Positions 47,076-57,072 of a DNA stretch of 64,000 nucleotides are shown here, piece after piece. The DNA is from a virus, in IMG/VR virus record IMGVR_UViG_3300019776_000919, positions 32,001-96,000 of that record. One strand, 5' to 3'. A program made the position numbers and the translations under genes. The notes under the pieces are model-generated. The model was not told where the DNA came from. It searched no databases and saw only the letters and a list, made by a program, of their open reading frames with translations. How positions within the stretch are numbered: the stretch's first letter is position 1; each line of letters opens with the position of its first letter.

Positions 47076-47768
47076 TTACACCAATATCTTACCTGCGTCA
47101 ATATCGTTTTTCAGTTCAACCAACTCATCTACGTTCAGACCCAATTCTTGTTTTAGTAGATGTTTTGCATTAGCTATTTTCTGAGCTTTAGCTATTTCAA
47201 CTCTTTTAAGAAGCTCTTCTTTTTCTTTCAAAGCGTATCTAATGGCTTTGGCAAAAACAAGGTATTCTTGATCGCTTTGATTCGTTAAACTTCTTTTGGA
47301 AAAAGCTGCCAACAAAAACCTTTGAGCATCGTTATTTAAAAGAGCAGGGGGTCTTTTGTAATGAGATGGATGAACGAAGACAGTTATATAATACAGTTGC
47401 GCTTTTAAACCTACAAAATTTGCTTTAAATTTTTGATGATTACTATCGATATAGGACTGGATGTCGGTAACCAGTTTACTATAATTAACCAATAATTCGT
47501 TAATCCCCATGTTGGCTATACAAATTGCTGAAGCTTCTGACCAAGAGTTTTCATCGGTAAGTATTTTATGAAATTCAGGATCCTCATCTCTTCTGACAAA
47601 AGCAAATTTCAAAATATCATGAGGGCTTTTAATGTTCAGATCAGAACCCAACCGGTCTTTAATAAAAGCAATTTTGGCCTGGTCTTGAATTTCTATTGGG
47701 AAATCTTCAAATTTTTCATCTTGACCAGATTTGGATTTATATGAACTCATTTTTTGAAATGACATCAC
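47076..47768 (-). CDS. Hypothetical protein (paralogous with 47765..48424)
   Basis: Shares AKIAFI, F(V/I)(R/S)RD-x-x-P and terminal AK-x-x-L-x-x-ELGL with its neighbour. Confidence 0.6.
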   Translation of the reverse strand: MMSFQKMSSYKSKSGQDEKFEDFPIEIQDQAKIAFIKDRLGSDLNIKSPHDILKFAFVRRDEDPEFHKILTDENSWSEASAICIANMGINELLVNYSKLVTDIQSYIDSNHQKFKANFVGLKAQLYYITVFVHPSHYKRPPALLNNDAQRFLLAAFSKRSLTNQSDQEYLVFAKAIRYALKEKEELLKRVEIAKAQKIANAKHLLKQELGLNVDELVELKNDIDAGKILV

Positions 47769-48424
47769 AGTCTCAATCCCAATTCTTTAGCCAATACTTC
47801 TTTTGCCTCTTGAATTCTTTTCTGACGTTCTTTTTCTTTTTTCTCTGCTAAGTATTCTCTCCTTACTTTACTAGTCCAAGCATCTTTTAGGCAAGATTGA
47901 TAAAGTTTTTGTACGTAGTCAAGTCTGGCAAACTCACTATCGGAAGATAACAATAACCCTGAATATTCAGGTAAGCGGGAAAGACGATTTTGTTCAATGA
48001 TTGTTTTCTCGTCTATATTGAGGATATGAGATGTTTCTTCTATTGACTTTTGTTTGAATAAGATGAAAAAATCCTCATCGACCTCAATGTTTTCTATAGC
48101 ATGTAACTTCTCTGCTAAACCTAGTACCGTAGTCTTAACCCATAGATTTTTAGATTCAGCAAAAAGATAATTGACTAAAGTTCTTTTATCATAATCTAAA
48201 TTTGGACTTCTGTCCCGTGATATAAATATGTATTGTACCTCATCCGTCGGAATGAATTTTTGGTTCTTTTCTATTCCTAGGGCGTTGTAAACATTAATAC
48301 TCCAGTTTGTAAATACTTCCAATATAAATGCAATTTTTGCCTCCGTAAGGTCTTGAGGCGACAAGTCATTTACAGAAAAAACACGGGCAGGGGCTTTTGC
48401 TTTTACAGATTTAGAAATAGCCAT
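47765..48424 (-). CDS. Hypothetical protein (paralogous with 47076..47768)
   Basis: AKIAFI...FISRDRSP...AKEVLAKELGL. Confidence 0.6.
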   Translation of the reverse strand: MAISKSVKAKAPARVFSVNDLSPQDLTEAKIAFILEVFTNWSINVYNALGIEKNQKFIPTDEVQYIFISRDRSPNLDYDKRTLVNYLFAESKNLWVKTTVLGLAEKLHAIENIEVDEDFFILFKQKSIEETSHILNIDEKTIIEQNRLSRLPEYSGLLLSSDSEFARLDYVQKLYQSCLKDAWTSKVRREYLAEKKEKERQKRIQEAKEVLAKELGLRL

Positions 48425-48439
48425 GATTATTACAGTACG

Positions 48440-49147
48440 TTATGCGGGATAAGGGACGCCGTGAGATTTATACACAGCTTTGATACCCTCTTCGGAAAGA
48501 AAAGTACCTTCTGATTCAAGGTTACTTATGAATTTTTTAACTTTCAAAACCTTCTTCTCTTGTTCTCGGATGCGGGCTTTTTCTGCTCTTTTTTCCAATT
48601 CTTTTTGACGAATTTCCGCAGTCTTTCTATTTCTCCTATTAGAGTCCAGTGACTCTAGTACGGAGCTTAGGTAATGATAAAGGCCGGATTTACTAGAGTC
48701 AGCTACCGTCAATGCATTTTCAAGATCTTTTCCAGAAACTTTCTGAGGCTTAATAACCACCAGAAATCCCCTAGACGAAGCGTTGTACACTCTATTTAAG
48801 AAATCTTCCCGAGAGCTTGTTACCCACGCGTCTGATTCTACAAGACTAGAATCAAACATATACATCAGCTCATGTCCGTAATGAGATGGGATGGGGTACA
48901 CTTTTTCTTTATCAATAAATGAATACGTAAGTTCGCTGGGCATATTAGTATACCAATATGCAGGCAATTGATGGTTGTTTGCAACTGTAGTAGCGTTGAA
49001 AATTGTCCGGAGTTTTCGCCGGGATTCGTTAATCAATTCCGCTTCTGGGAATTCCTTTAAAGATTCTTTTACCTTAGTCAAATGAAGTTCAACCGAACGT
49101 TCATCTACGTAAGAAGGGAGTTTTTTAGGTTTGATTGGCGAGTTCAT
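48440..49147 (-). CDS. Hypothetical protein
   Basis: 235 aa, charged coiled-coil C-terminus. Confidence 0.55.
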   Translation of the reverse strand: MNSPIKPKKLPSYVDERSVELHLTKVKESLKEFPEAELINESRRKLRTIFNATTVANNHQLPAYWYTNMPSELTYSFIDKEKVYPIPSHYGHELMYMFDSSLVESDAWVTSSREDFLNRVYNASSRGFLVVIKPQKVSGKDLENALTVADSSKSGLYHYLSSVLESLDSNRRNRKTAEIRQKELEKRAEKARIREQEKKVLKVKKFISNLESEGTFLSEEGIKAVYKSHGVPYPA

Positions 49148-49644
49148 TTACTTATCAGTTCCAAACGTTTATCCAAAGCTTCAAAAGCTTCAGTGTGAGT
49201 TAACCCTTTTTTAGACTTACACCAGATATACCCCGGTAAGCCCATAGGGAATTCTGCGGCGGCGTCATCAATAATTGCGTATTTTGTCAATTTGAATTGA
49301 TGAATATATTCTTGGATGGCTTCCCATCTACGGGGCTCTGAAGGCCTAGTGGTACCGATTATGTACGGTCTAATTTCTTCTGGGAAAAATCCCACTAGGT
49401 CTTCATAGTTCCAACAATATCTCCAAGCCGAACTTATAACAATTTTGACTTTAGGATATTTTTGTAGTAACCCTAAAAGCAACGGGGCCCATCGAAACAA
49501 CCTATTTCCACAAGGGGTATTAAATGCGGAAATCTGCGCCGCATTGTCGGGGTGTAACACCCCATCAATATCTAGAAAAATTATAGGTATTTCAGGAGAA
49601 GGGGACCCCGTTATGTATATAAGAATAGGCTCGGAGATATTCAT
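49144..49644 (-). CDS. HAD-superfamily phosphatase (Swiss-Army-knife RNA-repair type)
   Basis: IFLDIDGVL, IVISSAWR, AIIDD, GLT. Confidence 0.8.
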   Translation of the reverse strand: MNISEPILIYITGSPSPEIPIIFLDIDGVLHPDNAAQISAFNTPCGNRLFRWAPLLLGLLQKYPKVKIVISSAWRYCWNYEDLVGFFPEEIRPYIIGTTRPSEPRRWEAIQEYIHQFKLTKYAIIDDAAAEFPMGLPGYIWCKSKKGLTHTEAFEALDKRLELISK

Positions 49645-49652
49645 AGATCTAG

Positions 49653-50054
49653 TTAAAACTCAGGGAAAATAGCATAAGAGGTGGAGTAACCCTCGTAATG
49701 CGCTTTGACGTTGTAAATGCGAGTGACATAATAATTACCGTCTTCATTTTCTTCTACCGTAAAACTGGCAGTAAAATGACAAAGACCTTCTGCTTGATGC
49801 TTTTTCAAATCACGTTTCATGAAACCCAATTGAGCACGCAAAAGCAGGTTAGCATTATTTTTGTGGAAAACTACAATACCACTGCTAAAAGGATTCTGCT
49901 CAAACTGGGACGGATCATTTTGAATAAGCGTCCCATCAATGTTTTGAATAAGCAAAGCAATCTTACCTGCGCCAATAGAATAATTGGTATTGATATCCAC
50001 AATGCGGAAAGAGTTTGCATTGCGAGTACCGGTCAGGTTAATTTTCTTAGGCAT
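49653..50054 (-). CDS. Hypothetical protein
   Basis: 133-aa ORF. Confidence 0.5.
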   Translation of the reverse strand: MPKKINLTGTRNANSFRIVDINTNYSIGAGKIALLIQNIDGTLIQNDPSQFEQNPFSSGIVVFHKNNANLLLRAQLGFMKRDLKKHQAEGLCHFTASFTVEENEDGNYYVTRIYNVKAHYEGYSTSYAIFPEF

Positions 50055-50148
50055 AATATTTCCAATTCTTCAGTAACTAAAGTGATTAAAAGATTCAAAT
50101 TTTATTGGAATTATTATCATGCGAGTATAAGTCCGCCGACTTAAAACA

Positions 50149-50457
50149 TTACTTCAAAATCCCTTGATTCTTAAGGATTTTTTGCCAATCAGATTCCCAT
50201 TTTTCCGATTCGGGTTTTACACAATCAGGCTGATTGGTATTCTTATCGTACTCCATTGCCTTGCGTTTAAGAGCCTGATATTCTTCCCATTGCTCTTTAG
50301 TAATAATAACAGTTTTAAGAGGAAATGGCCAAACGCCGGGAGTAAATGGAGTGACTTTCTTATCGCTTTCGTAAGGATATACATCCCCCGGAGCAGGAAA
50401 CTTTGGTAAAGGCCACTTATCCTGATAGTGGTCTGTAATCATGGATACAACGCACAT
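50149..50457 (-). CDS. Hypothetical phage protein
   Basis: MCVVSMI-x-DH...A-x-x-YD-x-x-x-x-QPDC family motif. Confidence 0.6.
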   Translation of the reverse strand: MCVVSMITDHYQDKWPLPKFPAPGDVYPYESDKKVTPFTPGVWPFPLKTVIITKEQWEEYQALKRKAMEYDKNTNQPDCVKPESEKWESDWQKILKNQGILK

Positions 50458-50459
50458 GC

Positions 50460-51413
50460 CTATTCCTTAAAATGTTTCTTGAATAACTTTTCAAAATCAA
50501 TCGCTTCAGCAGGTTTCTTAAGCTTATTAAGAATTTCTACTCTATTGGCCAATTCATCGTTCCGTTCGGTTTTTATGACCCTAACCCAGGAACCATCAGT
50601 CATAACCAATTTCCCATCCCAGATCTCTACTTGATCACTGGGGCTACCGGTGCCAGCAAATTCACTAACACACATATATTCTGGGATACTTGTTTTCCCC
50701 CAATCTACAATCTTGGCCGCAAGAAGATTTTTATCAGCCTCAACTTCTTCTTTCATTCTTTTTTTAAATTTAGAAAGGCGTTGCCAGTGATCCGAAGACC
50801 CGTCTTTATATTCAGGGGAGACGTAAAAGAGGGCATCGCTAAAATGAAATCCACCACCATAATAATTATGGCTAGCATCCTTATGTACGACACTCCCTAA
50901 TTCCAACATCAATACCCAAACTTCCTTTAAAAGCTGAATGTCTTCAGGGGTTCTTTCTTCTGTTTCGTTTTTTGCGGTCATTTTTAAATAAACGCTTTCG
51001 AGAGCCTTGTAAACCAAGGTATTAAACAGCTCATCAGAAGATCGATTAAACCCTCGTTCAAACTTCAAGTAATCAACGGCAAATTTGCAAATTGCACCAG
51101 ATCGATAAACCCCTGAGTAGCATTGAACAAGAACATTGTTTTCTAATGCTTTCGCTTCTAATAGGATTTTTACAATCTCGAAAGATTGTTGTTCAGTTAT
51201 ACAAAACTCCCCCATTTGAGACAAGAGGGACGTATGTTTTTCATCCAAGTCTAAAAACTCAAATTGATGTTCTTCTTTGAACTTGGAATTATGAGTTGCA
51301 AACCTGCTAGCAGGGTCTGATATTTGAATCAGAACGGTTTTCTCAGTATTAACCTGAGAAAAATCAATACCCAAGGGTAGATTATTCTTAGATGTCTTTA
51401 AGATTTTAGACAT
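50460..51413 (-). CDS. Protein with N-terminal PTP/dual-specificity phosphatase-like domain
   Basis: LIQISDP, F-x-D-x-D, and C-x5-R loop VQCYSGVYRSGA. Confidence 0.65.
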   Translation of the reverse strand: MSKILKTSKNNLPLGIDFSQVNTEKTVLIQISDPASRFATHNSKFKEEHQFEFLDLDEKHTSLLSQMGEFCITEQQSFEIVKILLEAKALENNVLVQCYSGVYRSGAICKFAVDYLKFERGFNRSSDELFNTLVYKALESVYLKMTAKNETEERTPEDIQLLKEVWVLMLELGSVVHKDASHNYYGGGFHFSDALFYVSPEYKDGSSDHWQRLSKFKKRMKEEVEADKNLLAAKIVDWGKTSIPEYMCVSEFAGTGSPSDQVEIWDGKLVMTDGSWVRVIKTERNDELANRVEILNKLKKPAEAIDFEKLFKKHFKE

Positions 51414-51450
51414 GAATCCCTTAATGTATGTAAGGGTAAAAGTTAAGGTT

Positions 51451-51535
51451 TGGTGGAAGAGGTTGGATTCGAACCAACGTAGGCTGAGCCAGCGGATTTA
51501 CAGTCCACCCCCTTTAGCCACTCGGGCACTCTTCC
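51451..51535 (-). tRNA. tRNA-Tyr(GUA)
   Basis: GGAAGAG...GTGGA-CT-GTA-AA-TCCGC, long variable arm, CTCTTCC-A-CCA. Confidence 0.95.
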
Positions 51536-51545
51536 ACAATTAAGT

Positions 51546-51622
<77 letters not shown>

Positions 51623-51638
51623 GTTAAGGTATTATAAC

Positions 51639-51863
51639 TTAAGTTTTAAATCTTTTCAATAAATACAAAACACCACATATCAAAAACCAACTAAGCATCA
51701 AAATTACGCCCAAGGTGTTCAATACGGGGACGTAACAAATCCACGTTGGTATTTCATATTTATTAGTGATTTTATTATCTACTTCCATACTAAATTCTAG
51801 CGGGAGTGCCAACCAGCATACTACCACGGAAATTACATATATGAGATTTAAATTGTTAACCAT
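51639..51863 (-). CDS. Small membrane protein (paralogous with 51890..52174)
   Basis: Shared LP...YVPVLN / YIPGIN motif between two TM segments. Confidence 0.5.
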   Translation of the reverse strand: MVNNLNLIYVISVVVCWLALPLEFSMEVDNKITNKYEIPTWICYVPVLNTLGVILMLSWFLICGVLYLLKRFKT

Positions 51864-51889
51864 AAAATACCCGTCGCAATTTGACCTGA

Positions 51890-52174
51890 TTATCCCGGGC
51901 TGTCAGTATTGATATTGAGTAACGCGTCAAATAGCCGCTGAAATACTATCGTAAGGACGACACATGCATACACCATTAAAACCAATAGTACACTAGTAAC
52001 AAATATTGAATTTATACCTGGTATGTATGCAATTCGAAATGGTAGGCGTACATCTTCTCCAAATCCCGGCACGTCCAGTTTTACTGGAAGTATTATTACA
52101 CAAATTAACCAGGAGAAAAAATAGAGAAGAAGAATTAAATTTAAAATGTTCATGTTACTTGTAATTTGGTCCAA
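51890..52174 (-). CDS. Small membrane protein
   Basis: Two TM segments, YIPGIN motif. Confidence 0.5.
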   Translation of the reverse strand: MDQITSNMNILNLILLLYFFSWLICVIILPVKLDVPGFGEDVRLPFRIAYIPGINSIFVTSVLLVLMVYACVVLTIVFQRLFDALLNINTDSPG

Positions 52175-52258
52175 TAAAAAAAACTAAGAGGAGAAGGAGA
52201 GAACCTCTTAGTTTATAAACCGACTAATCTCTAAAAGAGAATAGTCGGTTTTTTTACA

Positions 52259-53086
52259 TCACAGACCGTTTTGCAGGACCGGGATTCCGCCACGGGTAAC
52301 CGGGGCCAGAGCCTTCGGAGCCTTGTCGCTACCGAACAGGTCACCGTCACCCAGCAGGGCCATCATGACCATGGGGTTCATGCCGCCAGCACCAGCGCCG
52401 CCCAGGCCACCGGTCATCATCAGCAGGGGCAGCATGTCCTTCAGGTCACCACCCTTACCGCCCAGACCGCCGTCTTTCAGCAGCATCAGGGGCAGGATGG
52501 ATGCCATGGGATTGGCAGCGGGAGCGCCAGCAGCGCCGCCAGCAGCGCCAGCTTGAGAGGTCAGCAGCAGCAGGGGCAGCAGCTTTTCCAGCTTCGAGTC
52601 GCCGTCGTTACCACCCAGCATCAGCAGAGGCAGGAGGTTGCTAGCGAAACCAGCAGCACCATCGGCACCGCCAGTGAAGCTGAACAGATTGCGAACAACC
52701 AGGATACCTGACGAACCCAGGATTTGAACCTTCGGGGGGCTGTAGGTCTTGTTGTTGCCATTGTGATCCAGAACCTTCAGAGCAGCACCAGTCTTACCGG
52801 TAACCCAACCGATGATGCCAGCATCACCAACAACGATATCGCCTTCGTTGACTTCTTCAAAAGTCGACTGGGTAGCGAAAGCGGGGATTTTGACTCCCAG
52901 ACCTTCGATGGGGTTGACGTTAACGCCGTAGATCTTCGGATCTGACGGAGTAGCGCCATGGGCAATCGACAGGCTATAAACGCCGTTTGCAGTTTCCAGG
53001 CCGATGCCGCCAGTAGTGATGTCCCAAACCAGGCCGCTGATGCGACGGAACATACGATTCATGAACTTATTGGTAATATTTGACAT
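52259..53086 (-). CDS. Gly/Met-rich low-complexity protein with repeated LPL(L/M)(L/M) motif
   Basis: GC-rich codons; followed by a terminator-like hairpin at ~52217-52255. Confidence 0.7.
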   Translation of the reverse strand: MSNITNKFMNRMFRRISGLVWDITTGGIGLETANGVYSLSIAHGATPSDPKIYGVNVNPIEGLGVKIPAFATQSTFEEVNEGDIVVGDAGIIGWVTGKTGAALKVLDHNGNNKTYSPPKVQILGSSGILVVRNLFSFTGGADGAAGFASNLLPLLMLGGNDGDSKLEKLLPLLLLTSQAGAAGGAAGAPAANPMASILPLMLLKDGGLGGKGGDLKDMLPLLMMTGGLGGAGAGGMNPMVMMALLGDGDLFGSDKAPKALAPVTRGGIPVLQNGL

Positions 53087-53221
53087 ATTGTTACTTTCAA
53101 TTGAACTAAAGAATAAGAAAAAAGAACGCGTTGCTTTTTATAGTTTTACCAAAAAAAGAAGCTTCTAATTTTCACAATCTGGTTGCCCAATCTGTTACTA
53201 ATCAGAAGCCTCTTATAAAAA

Positions 53222-53297
53222 TGGTAGCTCCGGCTGGAATCGAACCAGCGACCTTCACCTTATCAAGATGTTGCTCTACCGACTGAGCTACAAAGCT
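53222..53297 (-). tRNA. tRNA-Ile(GAU)
   Basis: AGCTTTG...CATC-TT-GAT-AA-GGTG...GGTTCGATTCC...CGGAGCT-A-CCA. Confidence 0.9.
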
Positions 53298-53402
53298 AAG
53301 GAAACTAAGAAAACCTTAGACGTAAGTCTTGTTTACAATTTTCTTATACCACGTAATTTGAAAATATTGAAATACTATTATAAGTTATTAGGTTAGTGTT
53401 AA

Positions 53403-53418
53403 AGCTTAAAATAATAGC
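53403..53418 (+). promoter_or_regulatory. Candidate late promoter
   Basis: AGCTTAAAATAATAGC, matching 4582-4598. Confidence 0.45.
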
Positions 53419-53441
53419 AACTTTCCTAAATATAAATCCAA

Positions 53442-54362
53442 ATGGCATTTACTTCTTTTACTAGATCATATGGCGTAGCTTACGCTAACTACAAGGTACA
53501 AATTACCGACGCCGCTAACGGGGCGTCCGCCATCGTATTAAATACCTCAGGGGCTGTGTTAAGTAACATTGGACTAGCTACCTTAGACTCCAGTGGAAAT
53601 TTATCTGTAATACTAGATGACTCTAGAACTTGGAATGTAAATGTAGTAGATGAAGTTCACGACGCTAATACTATCGGCATGGCTACTTCATCACCTAGTG
53701 GTCTTCTAGGGCCGGACAATAGGTTAGCTCCAGGTGCTCTAACTCCGGCGCAAGCCAATGCTCTAAAGAGTTCAGATGGTGCATGTGGATACTTAGGTAC
53801 TTTAGCTTGGGCAAGCAGGCCACTTACAGGATTAAGTGTAGGTAATACCGCTAGGTTTACTGGAATTGGTAGACAAGTGGAGTTATGGACTTGGGATGGC
53901 TCAAGATGGATGGCACCCGGCATTATAATCTTGGCACAATCAGCAGTAAGCGCACCTTTAACCGGAACAACTTCAGCCACTATACTTACAAATATTACAA
54001 TTCCAGGTGGATGTATGGGTCCTAACGGCAGTATTAGAATTACTTTCTACGGATCCATGACTAATAACGCTAATAATAAAACTTGGATTGTTAGATTCGG
54101 AACGTCTACTACTCAATATTATTTAGTAGGGCTTAGTAATGCTGCGGCAGTATGGTCTACTTTAACAATTTCAAACAGGGGTGCAGTCGGTGCTCAAATA
54201 GGCACTCCTACCGGATCTTCTGTAGCCCCGGGTCCCATTCCTGCGCTAGTAACGGGAAGTGATAACACTGATGTGGATCAAACACTGCAAATTATCGGTA
54301 TTCTAGGTACGGCGTCAGACACTATGGCCGTAGAAGCCTATAAGGTGGAACTATTGCAGTAA
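53442..54362 (+). CDS. Putative virion fibre/appendage protein
   Basis: Ala/Thr/Gly-rich beta composition, W-x-WDGSRW motif, beta-sandwich-like C-terminus. Confidence 0.55.
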   Translation: MAFTSFTRSYGVAYANYKVQITDAANGASAIVLNTSGAVLSNIGLATLDSSGNLSVILDDSRTWNVNVVDEVHDANTIGMATSSPSGLLGPDNRLAPGALTPAQANALKSSDGACGYLGTLAWASRPLTGLSVGNTARFTGIGRQVELWTWDGSRWMAPGIIILAQSAVSAPLTGTTSATILTNITIPGGCMGPNGSIRITFYGSMTNNANNKTWIVRFGTSTTQYYLVGLSNAAAVWSTLTISNRGAVGAQIGTPTGSSVAPGPIPALVTGSDNTDVDQTLQIIGILGTASDTMAVEAYKVELLQ

Positions 54363-55363
54363 TGATAACATCCACAATTCCAGTTCTGCAAGGAAGCGTC
54401 ACTGTACCAAGCGATTTTTGTGGAAATCATTTCAACAACGTATCGCCTGTAGAAAACCAATATCGAAGCTGTGTTCTACATGATGCCGCTGGGTGTGATT
54501 GGGGGGAGATACATACTGCTCCAGGGGTATTTAATTGGTCTGCTTTAGATGCAAGAGTTGCTTCTATAGGTTCAAAATCTTGGACTTATGTTGTATCCAG
54601 AACTCCTACTTGGGCAAGTGCTAGACCCAATGAGCCTCACCCTTATGGGGCTGGGGCGGCGGCAGAACCCGCTGACATGTCTAATCTTTACAACTTTATC
54701 GTAGCTCTTTGTAATAGATACCCTACTCTATCCAAAATAGAAGTTTGGAATGAACCAGATATAGCTGCTCCGTTTGCCCCAATATGGTATACAGGTACTG
54801 TTGCTACTTTTGTAACGTTAACTCAAAGTATATATAACGCTGCTAAATCTGTCAGACCCCAAATAAAAATACTTGGGCCATCTTGTACGAACTACTTAAC
54901 CACTTGGTTTAAACAGTTTCTTCAAGCAGGAGGGGGTTCCTATATAGATGCTTGGGCAATTCACGGTTATTTCTTACAATGGAGTAGCCCCAACAACTCT
55001 ATGCTAGGGTTATTAAGAACAATCAATTGTTTATATGTATCTTGTAGTGATACAGGTATTACAAAATCGGAAATTTACTTGACTGAATTTGGTCAATTTG
55101 GAGCTAGGGCAGAATCTTCTGATTCAGAATACATACGTCAATTTAAACAAGGTATGATTCTTGCTGCGGCACTGAAGATAAAGCAGGCAAGTTGGTATGC
55201 ATACGATGATGCCGTGATGGGGTATTCTGGTCGCCCAGTAGTTGAAAACGCAATAGCTGATTTTATAAACAGTTTTTGTGGATCTACGTTATCTAATGTA
55301 ACAATAAACATGCCAGAATGTTCTATTACATGCTCTATTAACGGCGTTGTTCAAACAATCTAA
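54362..55363 (+). CDS. Clan GH-A glycoside hydrolase (GH39/GH5-like)
   Basis: G-x-FNW-x-x-LD, TP-x-WAS, acid/base EVWNEP, IHGY, nucleophile YLTEFG. Confidence 0.8.
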   Translation: MITSTIPVLQGSVTVPSDFCGNHFNNVSPVENQYRSCVLHDAAGCDWGEIHTAPGVFNWSALDARVASIGSKSWTYVVSRTPTWASARPNEPHPYGAGAAAEPADMSNLYNFIVALCNRYPTLSKIEVWNEPDIAAPFAPIWYTGTVATFVTLTQSIYNAAKSVRPQIKILGPSCTNYLTTWFKQFLQAGGGSYIDAWAIHGYFLQWSSPNNSMLGLLRTINCLYVSCSDTGITKSEIYLTEFGQFGARAESSDSEYIRQFKQGMILAAALKIKQASWYAYDDAVMGYSGRPVVENAIADFINSFCGSTLSNVTINMPECSITCSINGVVQTI

Positions 55364-55402
55364 AAAATAAACTAAAAGCTAGGGGGTCCTAGCTTACCTG
55401 GT

Positions 55403-56332
55403 TTAACCCAGGCTCTTCAAGTGTTCATGCACTGCGTCATTGGTACCCAGCAGCACCATGACTTGTTTACCGCCCCGGCGACCAAGCACCTTCTCTTTGT
55501 GAGGCTTGCTCATAGCCCCTTCGAGCACGATCATGTGATCGTAACCCATGATGCCCCGGATATCCGGGTCAGTCGAGGTTTCAATTTTAAGATGCGGATG
55601 CTTGCTCTGGTAGTTCGGCTGCAGGGCGTGGTTCACACCAAAGATCAGCACAGACGGTTTGCGCTTCGGTTGATGCAACGGGGCCGCAGTCAACGGGAGT
55701 TCCATTGCTTGGCTTTGCCCTTCTGGCCGGGTCAGGACATCCATCATCCCCTCCACTTCTGCCCGCAACTGACTCAGTTGAGCCAATTGCTGATCCTGTT
55801 TGGAAACCAGCTCAGTGAACTGAGTCAGAATCTTCGAAGAGATGGCGTCAACCAACTCAGGCATCATGGCCCGCAACTTGTCCTCAATGATCTTGCTAGC
55901 GGGGATCTCCACCTTCTCCCGTACCATGGGGGATGGAATGATGGCCTTGAGCTTTTGGGTTTGCCCGTAAGGCTTATCCCGGCCAGTCAATGTTGGGACG
56001 TAGTGACCAACGGAGAAGTCCTCAACCTTGGGCGAAGCCTTTTGAGGAGACGTGGTTGCAACCAGCTCTTCAATCTTCACCTCCAGTTCCTTCGCTGCTT
56101 TCTCTTTCTGAGCAGCATAGATACTCAGGAAAGTGCGGCTGGTGTCGTACAAAGTCGAAGGGCTGGTGAAAGCACGGCGGCGGTGAATGGGGAGATCCAG
56201 TTGGACTTCAAGAAGAAGTTCACGAAGCTCCTTCATTGTCCGAGGCTTTTCCGCCTCGTTTCTTGGGCCAAACTTTGCAGCCATCAAAGCCAACTCGTCT
56301 GCGTCCCAAAAAATTCGAACACGTTTGATCAT
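55403..56332 (-). CDS. Hypothetical protein
   Basis: 309 aa, GC-rich, behind the repeated promoter cassette. Confidence 0.65.
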   Translation of the reverse strand: MIKRVRIFWDADELALMAAKFGPRNEAEKPRTMKELRELLLEVQLDLPIHRRRAFTSPSTLYDTSRTFLSIYAAQKEKAAKELEVKIEELVATTSPQKASPKVEDFSVGHYVPTLTGRDKPYGQTQKLKAIIPSPMVREKVEIPASKIIEDKLRAMMPELVDAISSKILTQFTELVSKQDQQLAQLSQLRAEVEGMMDVLTRPEGQSQAMELPLTAAPLHQPKRKPSVLIFGVNHALQPNYQSKHPHLKIETSTDPDIRGIMGYDHMIVLEGAMSKPHKEKVLGRRGGKQVMVLLGTNDAVHEHLKSLG

Positions 56333-56413
56333 TGCATACCCTCATATGCGGTTTAGAAGGAATATCCCTTCATACTATTCTTATACCATATTACAATGTA
56401 AGAATTGACTAAA
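56332..56413 (-). repeat. 82-bp promoter/leader/RBS cassette, copy 1
   Basis: Identical to 57842-57923 except one base; contains TCAA-N16-TGGTATAAG, a leader hairpin and GAGGG-TATG. Confidence 0.9.
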
Positions 56414-56467
56414 TAATCTAAAAACAGGTATTTAAACCTGTTTTGGTCAACTTCTTGACCGGAATTA

Positions 56468-56950
56468 CTACTTTGAGTAATTCATCATGCAAAGGAAGAG
56501 GTAGTCGTTGATTTCGTCTATTTCTACATTACAAGGCTCTTTGAGCAAATCAATCCCTTTGTTGAGACTCAACAGAGCATATATGAGAAACTCTATTGCA
56601 TCACCGATATTGGTGGCGTCAAGCGCCATCTTAAAATATCCCGCTGGACTGGCTGGGTGAAACCATTTAGCAAGGTATCCAGTTTCCATTCCCTCTACAA
56701 GGTCTCCGGAGACATTGTTCAGTTTATTCGAAACCTTAGTGACGAGGTCGTCCGACAGTAACTCCCAAAACTCTCTATGAGCTTCTCCGCCCATCAGTTC
56801 CAATTTTGAAAGATTCATCGGGAGAACTTTCAGCAAATCTTTTGCCGAAATATTCTCGTCAAGTTGACAAAGAACTTCTACGTCCTCTTTAATCTCGTAA
56901 AACTTAGCAAGGGCAACTAATTCTGCTTTTTTAAAATATAACATTTTCAA
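56468..56950 (-). CDS. Hypothetical protein
   Basis: GGAGG RBS with TTG start behind a cassette-type promoter. Confidence 0.6.
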   Translation of the reverse strand: MKMLYFKKAELVALAKFYEIKEDVEVLCQLDENISAKDLLKVLPMNLSKLELMGGEAHREFWELLSDDLVTKVSNKLNNVSGDLVEGMETGYLAKWFHPASPAGYFKMALDATNIGDAIEFLIYALLSLNKGIDLLKEPCNVEIDEINDYLFLCMMNYSK

Positions 56951-57072
56951 CCTCCGTATATGTAAGGAAGAGATATTTCTTCGTACTATTCTTATACCAT
57001 ATTACAATATTAGAATTGACTAGGAATTATCGTTTTCTTAACTAAAGAAATGGGGTTGCCATTTCTAACTCC

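Noticed and set aside
55421-56356. Long + strand ORFs here and at 23899..24486, 40375..40995, 52271..52711 and 58712..59242
   Set aside because: Antisense shadows of GC-rich - strand genes that have better RBS/promoter support.
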